A stretch of DNA of 64,000 bases from an uncultured Gammaproteobacteria bacterium (GTDB lineage: Bacteria > Patescibacteriota > Microgenomatia > Levybacterales > UBA12049). The notes beneath the pieces were generated by a model. It did not search any database and had not been told where the DNA came from. It saw only the letters and a list, made by a program, of their open reading frames with translations. Below, in pieces: positions 27,003 to 34,571 of the stretch. How positions within the stretch are numbered: the first letter of the stretch is position 1; each line of letters starts with the position of its first letter. Location of the stretch: the NCBI GenBank assembly GCA_964635045.1, contig CAZWMJ010000002.1, positions 7,688 through 71,687 on the forward strand, written 5' to 3'. A program made the position numbers and the translations under genes.

Positions 27003-28390
27003 GAAATAGTTTTTGGAACAAACGAATGCCAACATTACTGGGAATCTTCATGATTACCATTGGTATCGGCATTACATCAATTCTGGTCAAAAACGGAGTT
27101 ATTGTTATCGGAAGGGCAGCTGGCGGAGAAATTCCACAGAATATACGCATCAGTAATATTCAAGATTCCTCATTCACTGTATCTTACACCACGGCGCAAA
27201 GCAATTTAGGCTCTATTTCTTTTGGCAAAGACAAAATAATGGGCAAGATCGCGCTTGACGACAGAGACCAACCAACAGGACTTGTAAAACCCTATCTGAC
27301 ACATCACGTCGCGATAAAAAATCTTGAACCCCAAACAAAATATTTTTTCTCTATTATCAGCGGGCAAACGACATTTCAAAACACGGAAAACTCTGATAAT
27401 CCTTTTGAAGTAACAACGGGACCAAGCCTTAAAAATCCACCTCCGACTCAACAGCCAATGGCGGGAAAAATCATTCTGGCAGACGGAAGTAATCCAAATG
27501 AAGCAATTGTGTATATAAGTATCCAGAACGCCCAAACAATATCTACCCTTGTAAAATCGGATGGCAGCTATATCCTGCCTTTAAATAATCTTTTAAAACA
27601 AGATTTTACCGCGTTTTTTTCTTTATCGCCTACTACTATTATACAAATGCTTGTCGTTGGACCATCAGGCGAGTCGAATATAAGACTTTTGGCAAATCAG
27701 ATTAACCCGGTGCCTATCATAACCCTGTCAAAAAATTATGATTTTACGAGTAGCACCTCTCCTGTGGCCACCAGCGATGCTTCTTTGAACTCAACAAAAA
27801 CTTCCTTTCCCAGTTTTTCAATAAATCCTAAAGAAAACACTGCGCCTCAGATCATAGCGCCTAAAAAGGATGAAAAATTTTCTGATCAGCAACCGCAATT
27901 TAGCGGCGCCGCTTCTCCCGGTGCAAAAATCAAAATCATTATTCATTCGGATGAAAACATACAAACACAAGTAGTTGTCGACCAAAACGGTCGCTGGACA
28001 TATCGACCCGGCAGTAAACTTTCTCCCGGTCAGCATACTATCCTGGTTTCCGCGCCCGATCAATTTGGTATTCTTAAAACAATAAGTCAAACCTTTACTG
28101 TCTACGCTGCCGGTACACAAGTTAATGAATCTGCCACTCCTTCCGCAACTCCAATGCTTACAATTACCCCAACAGTTATCGCAACTGCGTCCATCACCGT
28201 CTCTCCCACACCATCTTCTACTCCCACACCCACGCTGACCACAATACCAACTCCAACTAACACCACAATACATCCCACAATTTCCCCGCCCGGCAGTTCG
28301 ACTCTTATTACCGGCGGGATAGCGGCCGCGGCCAGCATCACACTGGGGCTTCTTCTTTTCCTCGTAACCCGTGGCAGAAAAGCTTTATGA
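26999..28390 (+). CDS. large surface protein (Fn3-like, CarboxypepD_reg-like and Ig-like domains) with C-terminal TM anchor
   Basis: 463 aa. ISNIQDSSFTVSYTT...LEPQTKYFFSI is Fn3-like. GKIILADGSNPNEAIVYIS...SDGSYILP is CarboxypepD_reg-like. PGAKIKIIIHSDENIQTQVVVDQNGRWTY is Ig-like. T/P-rich linker, then PPGSSTLITGGIAAAASITLGLLLFLVTRGRKAL. Confidence 0.55.
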   Translation: MRNSFWNKRMPTLLGIFMITIGIGITSILVKNGVIVIGRAAGGEIPQNIRISNIQDSSFTVSYTTAQSNLGSISFGKDKIMGKIALDDRDQPTGLVKPYLTHHVAIKNLEPQTKYFFSIISGQTTFQNTENSDNPFEVTTGPSLKNPPPTQQPMAGKIILADGSNPNEAIVYISIQNAQTISTLVKSDGSYILPLNNLLKQDFTAFFSLSPTTIIQMLVVGPSGESNIRLLANQINPVPIITLSKNYDFTSSTSPVATSDASLNSTKTSFPSFSINPKENTAPQIIAPKKDEKFSDQQPQFSGAASPGAKIKIIIHSDENIQTQVVVDQNGRWTYRPGSKLSPGQHTILVSAPDQFGILKTISQTFTVYAAGTQVNESATPSATPMLTITPTVIATASITVSPTPSSTPTPTLTTIPTPTNTTIHPTISPPGSSTLITGGIAAAASITLGLLLFLVTRGRKAL

Positions 28391-29673
28391 AAATTGCAAT
28401 TATCGGCGCTGGATTTACCGGACTGGCTGCTTCCTATCAATTAACAAAAAAAGGGCATGCTGTTACTATTTTTGAGAAAGATTCTGCCCCGGGCGGACTG
28501 GCTCTTGGCTACAAAGAAAAAAACTGGCAATGGTCTTTGGAAAAACATTATCATCACTTCTTTACCAATGATAAAAATATCTTACAATTAGCAAAAGAAA
28601 TAAAACATAACATTTTTACAAAACGCGCCAAAACCTCCGTTTATGTAAACGGCTCTATAGAAAGATTTGATTCTCCGCTTGATGTATTGACAACTTCTTT
28701 GCTATCCCCGATTGAACGTCTGCGAATGGGCCTTTTTTTAGGGCTTATGAAATACAATCCTCTATGGCGGCCATTGGAAAAATTTAAAGCCGCCGATATA
28801 TTGCCAAAATTGATGGGAAATAATCCTTATAAAACGCTTTGGCAGCCTCAACTTTTTAATAAATTTGGAGAATTTACAAATGATATTTCTCTTGCCTGGT
28901 TTTGGGCAAGAATAAAAAAAAGAACAAGAAGCCTTGCTTATCCGCAAGAAGGATTTCTGCATTTCGCCAATGCCCTTGTCAAAAGAATTGAACAAAACGG
29001 AGGAAAAATATTGTTTAATACAGAAGTGCAAGAAATAAAGAACGACGGTAAGGTAAAGGTTGCGTTTAAAACAATTGGAAATTGGAAATTGGAAATTGGA
29101 AATTACGACGCAGTCATTGTCACTCTTCCCTCTTTTCTGTTTATAAAAATTGCTCCCGGTCTGCCTATCGATTATCAAAACAAGCTGAAGCTTCTTAAGG
29201 GTCTTGGCGCAACCAATCTGATTCTCCGCCTAAAGAAACCCTTTTTAACCGATGGCACATACTGGCTGAGCATTTGTCAAAAAAACTCTCCCTTTGTGGC
29301 AATTGTTGAACATACCAACTTTATGGACAAAAAATATTACAACAACGAGCATATTGTCTATATCGGTAATTATTTACCTGCTAACCACCCTTACATGAAA
29401 ATGACTACTCCAGAACTTCTAAGAGTTTACCATCCATATTTAAAAAAAATAAATCCCAATTATGAATTCTCAATTATCGATTCTAAACTATTCTCTGTTC
29501 CCTTTGCTCAACCGATTATTCCCACCAACTACTCTAAAATCATTCCTTCATTTGAAACTCCTCTGCCAAATATATATCTTGCTAATATTCAACAAGTTTA
29601 TCCTTGGGATAGAGGAACCAACTACGCAGTTGAATTGGGAGAAAAAATAGCAGCACTGATTGCAGATCAATAA
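28387..29673 (+). CDS. NAD(P)/FAD-dependent oxidoreductase (amine-oxidase/phytoene-desaturase-like Rossmann fold)
   Basis: 428 aa. MKIAIIGAGFTGLAASYQL dinucleotide-binding motif and SLAYPQEGF. Contains the in-frame heptamer array at 29074-29104. Confidence 0.7.
   Translation: MKIAIIGAGFTGLAASYQLTKKGHAVTIFEKDSAPGGLALGYKEKNWQWSLEKHYHHFFTNDKNILQLAKEIKHNIFTKRAKTSVYVNGSIERFDSPLDVLTTSLLSPIERLRMGLFLGLMKYNPLWRPLEKFKAADILPKLMGNNPYKTLWQPQLFNKFGEFTNDISLAWFWARIKKRTRSLAYPQEGFLHFANALVKRIEQNGGKILFNTEVQEIKNDGKVKVAFKTIGNWKLEIGNYDAVIVTLPSFLFIKIAPGLPIDYQNKLKLLKGLGATNLILRLKKPFLTDGTYWLSICQKNSPFVAIVEHTNFMDKKYYNNEHIVYIGNYLPANHPYMKMTTPELLRVYHPYLKKINPNYEFSIIDSKLFSVPFAQPIIPTNYSKIIPSFETPLPNIYLANIQQVYPWDRGTNYAVELGEKIAALIADQ
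29074..29104 (+). repeat. (ATTGGAA)4ATT heptamer array, in-frame in the oxidoreductase gene
   Basis: A 31-nt string identical to 32818-32848. Encodes IGNWKLEIGN. Confidence 0.9.
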
Positions 29674-29683
29674 ATTTTAAAAC

Positions 29684-29714
29684 ATTGAAAATTGAAAATT
29701 ATAAATTGAAAATT
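29684..29714 (+). repeat. (ATTGAAA)-type heptamer array at the 5' end of the GT-C gene
   Basis: ATTGAAA ATTGAAA ATTATAA ATTGAAA ATT, the same 4-unit+ATT layout as 29074-29104. Shares the left flank TTTAAAACA with that copy. Confidence 0.85.
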
Positions 29715-31241
29715 ATTCTTTTATTAATCATCATTGGTATTTTCTTTCGTTTCTATAATCTTAACTGGGGTTCTCCTTTTTATTTTCACCCGGACGAGAG
29801 AAACATTGCTTCTGCCGTTTCTCAATTACAATTTCCCCAAAATCTAAATCCCCACTTTTTCGCCTATGGCTCATTTCCGATCTATATTATTTATATAGTA
29901 GGAGTCTTCTATAATCTGTTCTCCCATTTTCCAGCTTTCGCCGTTTCTTTTGAGCAGGCCATTTTGATCTCCCGATTTTTTTCTGCGATATTAAGTGTCG
30001 CTCTTATCCCAATGGTTTATCTCATTGGTAAACAAATCAAAGATAATACCACAGGACTTTTGGCGGCATTTTTAACAGTAACAAGTATTGGTCTTATTCA
30101 ATTTGCACATTTCGGCACATTCGAAATTTTGCTTACCTTTTTAGGTGTTTTACTTTTTTATTTCTCAATCAAACGAAACCTCGTTTTCACTGGCATAATT
30201 TTGGGGCTTTTACTCGCTACAAAAGTTTCAAGCATTGTTCTTTTGCCAATCCCCATTTTATCATTTCTACTTTACTTGGGAAAAAATAAGAAGATACGAA
30301 TTTATAAAATAACGACAAATATACTAACTTTTTGTGCCGCTACCCTGACAGCTTTTATTATCACCTCTCCTTTTGTATTAATAGATTTTCCATCATTTAT
30401 CGCAAGCATGAGATATGAATCATCTGTGGCTTTTGGCAGTCTTCCCGTTTTCTATACTGGTGAGTTTTTTAATACGGTACCGGTATTATTTCAATTTCTG
30501 CACATCTATCCATTTATCTTGAATCCTATCTTAACAATATTATTCATCCCGTCCTTACTTTACGTATCCCGCGGTGCTTTACAGAAAAAAAATGATTTTT
30601 ATTTATTGCTTATTGTTTCTTACTTATTATTATTTTTTTCTCAAAGCTTCTTGTTTGCAAAGTGGACAAGATATATGGTTCCCGGCTTACCGTTTATGTA
30701 TTTGATAATTGCTATCGGTATTAAAGACTGGTTAAACAGACAAGGCAGATATCTGATGTTGGGAATTATATTATTCGTGAGCGCTCTTTTTACCATCGCC
30801 TATTTCATAACTGTCCACGCAAAACCCGATACCAGAATTACGGCCGGCCTTTGGGCTGGGGAAAATATCCCCAGTAATAGTAAAATTTTAAGCGAAGTTT
30901 ATGATTTAGGCATTACCCCATTCAATCCCTATTTCAGTAATATCAAACTTTTTAATTTTTATGATGAACTTTTGCCAATTACTAATAATTACGATTATAT
31001 TATTCTTACCAGTCAACGCTTGTTAAAAACTCGTTTAACAAAAAAAATAAAATTTCCGCAGGGAAATAAGTTTTATGACTCGTTATTAAATGGGGCATTA
31101 AGATTTAAAAAAGTTTATGAAACTCCCTGTGATATTTTTTGCAAAATTACTTACTTGGGAGATCCGGTTTTTTCACTCGAAGAAACCGCAAACGTATTTG
31201 ATCGCCCTACAGTATTTGTTTTTAAAAAATTAAAAGAATGA
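29685..31241 (+). CDS. GT-C-fold membrane glycosyltransferase (ArnT/PMT_2-like), paralogue 1
   Basis: 518 aa, multi-TM. FYFHPDERNIA first-loop motif, shared with the paralogue's FHLHPDERAIV. The only candidate start codons are TTG 29685 or TTG 29706, both inside the heptamer array. Confidence 0.65.
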   Translation: MKIENYKLKIILLLIIIGIFFRFYNLNWGSPFYFHPDERNIASAVSQLQFPQNLNPHFFAYGSFPIYIIYIVGVFYNLFSHFPAFAVSFEQAILISRFFSAILSVALIPMVYLIGKQIKDNTTGLLAAFLTVTSIGLIQFAHFGTFEILLTFLGVLLFYFSIKRNLVFTGIILGLLLATKVSSIVLLPIPILSFLLYLGKNKKIRIYKITTNILTFCAATLTAFIITSPFVLIDFPSFIASMRYESSVAFGSLPVFYTGEFFNTVPVLFQFLHIYPFILNPILTILFIPSLLYVSRGALQKKNDFYLLLIVSYLLLFFSQSFLFAKWTRYMVPGLPFMYLIIAIGIKDWLNRQGRYLMLGIILFVSALFTIAYFITVHAKPDTRITAGLWAGENIPSNSKILSEVYDLGITPFNPYFSNIKLFNFYDELLPITNNYDYIILTSQRLLKTRLTKKIKFPQGNKFYDSLLNGALRFKKVYETPCDIFCKITYLGDPVFSLEETANVFDRPTVFVFKKLKE

Positions 31242-32947
31242 AAATTAATTTACCACTTATAATTATATTATTACTTGCTTCTCTCCTTAGATTGTATGGA
31301 TTCAATTGGGATCAAGGATTCCATCTTCACCCAGATGAAAGAGCCATTGTCATGTTTACCACTCCTTTACAATTCCCCCAAAGTATTATCGAATTTCTCT
31401 CACCGCAAAGCAGCTTTAATCCGCATTTTTTTGCCTATGGCAGTTTTCCTCTATATTTTCTTAAAATTGCCGGAAATATAGCCGGTATCATCAACCCTCT
31501 TTTTACCCAATATGGCCATATAAATCTTTTGGGGCGAGTCCTATCGGCAATTTTTGATCTTTCAAGTCTAACTCTTCTCTTTTTCCTTGGCAAAAAACTT
31601 TTTAATAAAAATATCGCTCTTTTGGCGGCATTTTTTTATGCCATAAGTGTCCTGCCTATTCAACTGTCTCACTTTTATGCCGTTGACACGCCTCTAACAT
31701 TTTTTGTCTTGTTGACTCTCTATCAATTAATCAATTTTTATCAAAAACCAACTGTTGGAAAATCGATGCTGGTCGGTTTTTTCTTTGGACTATCTCTTGC
31801 TACCAAAACAAGCGCCATAGTGCTACTTACATCTATTGGCATGGCTCTCGTGATTGACTTTTTACTCATAATTCTTAAAAATCCTCATCGCCCGCATATA
31901 TGGCTTCCGCATATGCCAACCTTTATCAAAAAACTGCTTGTTGATTTGGTAATCATAATGTCTACGGCCTTTATAACTTTTATAATCTTTGAGCCATACG
32001 CTCTTATCGACTTTAAGGCCTTCTGGGAACAAAATATGCAGCAGTACCGTATGACTCACGATGCTTTTACCTTTCCCTATACCCTTCAATATGTTGGAAA
32101 AATTCCGTATTGGTACGAGCTAAAAAATATTTTTCTCTGGGGTCTGGGACCATTCATCGCTACATTTTCTTTTTTAGGAACAATCTTTGTAGTCTTTCAA
32201 ACAATAAAACAATCCAACAATAGAACAATAATTGTCTTAACTTTTTTTTGGACTTATTTTCTGACAGTTGGTAATTTTGCCATCGGTTTTATGCGCTACA
32301 TGCTCCCCCTTTACCCACTTCTTTGCCTCTTCGCCGCAGCGTTTTTCTTTCGATTATATAATCGTCTTCCTGCTCATTTAGGTAAACTAGTTGCTAGTGG
32401 CTATTTGCTAGTTGCTATTATTTGGCCTTTATCTTTTGTTAATATCTATCAAAAACCCAACACCCGCGTTCTCGCATCGGAGTGGATAAATAATAATATT
32501 TCTCAAGGTTTAACTATTGCCATTGAACATTGGGATGACTCTCTTCCTCTTTTTGGTCAAGAAAAATATCACATGATAACTTTGCCTCTTTATGATCCCG
32601 ATACAGAATCAAAATGGGCAATAATCAATCAACAACTGTCAAAAACTGATTACATTGTCATTGCCTCAAATCGTCTTTATGTACCTTTACAAAAACTTAC
32701 AAATTGTCAAACACTTCCCCCAGGCAAGTGTTATCCATTAACTACAAAATATTATCAAACTCTTTTTAATAGTTCTTTGGGATTTAAAAAGGTTGCAGAG
32801 TTTTCGGTTTATCCTACATTGGAAATTGGAAATTGGAAATTGGAAATTCGCGACGACGTCGCGGATGAGTCCTTCACCGTCTACGATCACCCAAAGGTAA
32901 TGATTTTTAAAAACATTGGGAAAAAATATCCTCCAATGATACAATAG
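31238..32947 (+). CDS. GT-C-fold membrane glycosyltransferase (ArnT/PMT_2-like), paralogue 2
   Basis: 569 aa. MKINLPLIIILLL...FHLHPDERAIV and a C-terminal ADESFTVYDHPKVMIF. Contains the arrays at 32391-32418 and 32818-32848. Confidence 0.65.
   Translation: MKINLPLIIILLLASLLRLYGFNWDQGFHLHPDERAIVMFTTPLQFPQSIIEFLSPQSSFNPHFFAYGSFPLYFLKIAGNIAGIINPLFTQYGHINLLGRVLSAIFDLSSLTLLFFLGKKLFNKNIALLAAFFYAISVLPIQLSHFYAVDTPLTFFVLLTLYQLINFYQKPTVGKSMLVGFFFGLSLATKTSAIVLLTSIGMALVIDFLLIILKNPHRPHIWLPHMPTFIKKLLVDLVIIMSTAFITFIIFEPYALIDFKAFWEQNMQQYRMTHDAFTFPYTLQYVGKIPYWYELKNIFLWGLGPFIATFSFLGTIFVVFQTIKQSNNRTIIVLTFFWTYFLTVGNFAIGFMRYMLPLYPLLCLFAAAFFFRLYNRLPAHLGKLVASGYLLVAIIWPLSFVNIYQKPNTRVLASEWINNNISQGLTIAIEHWDDSLPLFGQEKYHMITLPLYDPDTESKWAIINQQLSKTDYIVIASNRLYVPLQKLTNCQTLPPGKCYPLTTKYYQTLFNSSLGFKKVAEFSVYPTLEIGNWKLEIRDDVADESFTVYDHPKVMIFKNIGKKYPPMIQ
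32391..32418 (+). repeat. (TTGCTAR/TGGCTAT)4 heptamer array inside the GT-C gene
   Basis: TTGCTAG TGGCTAT TTGCTAG TTGCTAT encodes VASGYLLVAI. Related to 34004-34026. Confidence 0.75.
32818..32848 (+). repeat. (ATTGGAA)4ATT heptamer array, in-frame near the 3' end of the GT-C gene
   Basis: Identical to 29074-29104. Encodes LEIGNWKLEI, which is absent from the aligned C-terminus of the paralogue 29685-31241. Followed by the palindrome CGCGACGACGTCGCG. Confidence 0.9.
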
Positions 32948-32956
32948 CTTTTACAC

Positions 32957-34003
32957 ATGCAGAAAAAAAATGTATTTATTACCGGCGGGGCTGGGTTTTT
33001 GGGCGTGCACTTGGCCAGAAGATTTTTGAAAGACGGTAACAAAGTAACTCTTTTTGATTTAGCGGATTTAGACGCGCAAGATCTTATCGGAAAAGTGGAC
33101 TTTGTCAAAGGCGACATAAGAAACACCAAAGCCCTGCAAAAAGCGTTGAAAAACCAACACTTCGTTGTGCATGCGGCCGCCGCCTTGCCTATCCAACAAT
33201 CCAAAAAACTTATTTTCAGCGTTAACGTCGATGGGACAAAAAATGTCTTAGATTCTGCTTTGCAGAATAAAATAATGCGTTTGGTTTTTATTTCCACAAC
33301 GGCTGTATATGGAGTTCCCAAACACCTACCAGAAACAGAGGAAGCGCCGCTTGATCCAATTGGTTACTACGGAGAATCAAAAATAGCAGGAGAAAACCTT
33401 TGTAGGGATTATATAAAAAAAGGATTGCAGATAAATATTATTCGTCCAAAAACCTTTTTAGGACCGGAGCGACTCGGCGTTTTTGAATTATGGTTTGAAG
33501 CAATTTATTCCGGCAAAAAAGTATTTATTTTAGGAGACGGAAATAATCCATATCAGCTTTTGGCTGTCTCCGATGTTGTTGATGCGATAGAAAAAGCTCT
33601 CTCAAGCAGAATCCACGGAGAAATTTTTAATATAGGAGCCAAAGAATTTGGCACATGGAAAACCGATCTTGGGGCAGTAATTAAAGAAGCAAAATCAAAA
33701 TCAAGAATTTTCGGGTTCCCTGTTTTACCCTCTCAAATAATACTGGGGATTCTTGAATCAGTGCACCTTTCTCCCATCGCCGCCTGGCATTACAAAACAA
33801 TAGCTGTTCCCTCATATGTATCTACTGAAAAAGCAGAAAAATTACTAAATTGGCATCCCAAAAAATCAAATAAGGATCTTCTTATCGAGAGCTACAAATG
33901 GTATTCTAAACACAGAGGTGAAATTATCGGAAAAGTAGGTACGGGGCATCGCGTCGGCTGGAATTTTAAGGTACTAAATTTAATAAAACGCTTTTTTAAC
34001 TAA
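32957..34003 (+). CDS. NAD-dependent epimerase/dehydratase (extended SDR)
   Basis: 348 aa. VFITGGAGFLGVHLARRF and the YGESK catalytic Y-x3-K. Confidence 0.85.
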   Translation: MQKKNVFITGGAGFLGVHLARRFLKDGNKVTLFDLADLDAQDLIGKVDFVKGDIRNTKALQKALKNQHFVVHAAAALPIQQSKKLIFSVNVDGTKNVLDSALQNKIMRLVFISTTAVYGVPKHLPETEEAPLDPIGYYGESKIAGENLCRDYIKKGLQINIIRPKTFLGPERLGVFELWFEAIYSGKKVFILGDGNNPYQLLAVSDVVDAIEKALSSRIHGEIFNIGAKEFGTWKTDLGAVIKEAKSKSRIFGFPVLPSQIILGILESVHLSPIAAWHYKTIAVPSYVSTEKAEKLLNWHPKKSNKDLLIESYKWYSKHRGEIIGKVGTGHRVGWNFKVLNLIKRFFN

Positions 34004-34026
34004 TGGCTAGTTGCTAATTGCTAATG
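34004..34026 (+). repeat. (TTGCTAA)-type heptamer array filling an intergenic spacer
   Basis: TGGCTAG TTGCTAA TTGCTAA TG, lying between stop 34003 and ATG 34028. Confidence 0.75.
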
Positions 34027-34027
34027 T

Positions 34028-34567
34028 ATGAACTTAGGTTTTGATTTTGATAAAATTTTGATCAATTATCCGCCGTTTATTCCGCACGGACTTATTGATA
34101 GATTATACAAACAAAAGAAAAACGGCATTCTTTTATACAGAATTCCTTCAAGACCGGAACAATTACTAAGACTGATTACTCATCAGCCAATCTTCAGACC
34201 TCCCATCATCGAAAATATACTGTTTGTAAAAAAAATCTCCAAACAAAGACAATATAGATGTTATCTCCTGTCAAGCAGATTTAGTTTCCTAAAAAATGTC
34301 ACCGACAAACTTATTAAGCAACACCAGTTTCATAAAATTTTTGACGGCTTATACTTTAATTTTAAAAATAATCAACCTCATCTATTCAAAAACGAGTCGA
34401 TAAAGAAATTAAAAATCGACCGCTACGTAGATGACGATTTGCCTCTTTTGGAATTTGTGGCGGGGAATAATCCAAAAACAATATTCTTCTGGCTAAATAA
34501 AACAAAATCTAAAAAACTAAAAAAGAATCTTTTTGCCATTACGGAACTTTCCCAAATCTTTACCTAG
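34028..34567 (+). CDS. HAD-like hydrolase (weak call)
   Basis: 179 aa. N-terminal GFDFDKIL (DxD motif I), LLSSR (motif II-like) and DRYVDDDLPLL (motif IV-like). Confidence 0.4.
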   Translation: MNLGFDFDKILINYPPFIPHGLIDRLYKQKKNGILLYRIPSRPEQLLRLITHQPIFRPPIIENILFVKKISKQRQYRCYLLSSRFSFLKNVTDKLIKQHQFHKIFDGLYFNFKNNQPHLFKNESIKKLKIDRYVDDDLPLLEFVAGNNPKTIFFWLNKTKSKKLKKNLFAITELSQIFT

Positions 34568-34571
34568 TTAT

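Noticed and set aside
27818-28440. Minus-strand ORFs of 151 and 112 aa, rich in C/G/R/W
   Set aside because: They are antisense to the T/P-rich stalk and Ig-like region of the 26999-28390 surface protein. Composition-driven, with no start signals.
29074-29104. Possibility that the short direct repeats are CRISPR arrays
   Set aside because: The units are 7 nt and contiguous with no spacers, the arrays are only about 30 nt long and lie inside ORFs, and there are no cas genes in the window.
32887-33321. 144-aa minus-strand ORF
   Set aside because: It is antisense to the well-supported SDR epimerase (GGAGFLG, YxxxK).
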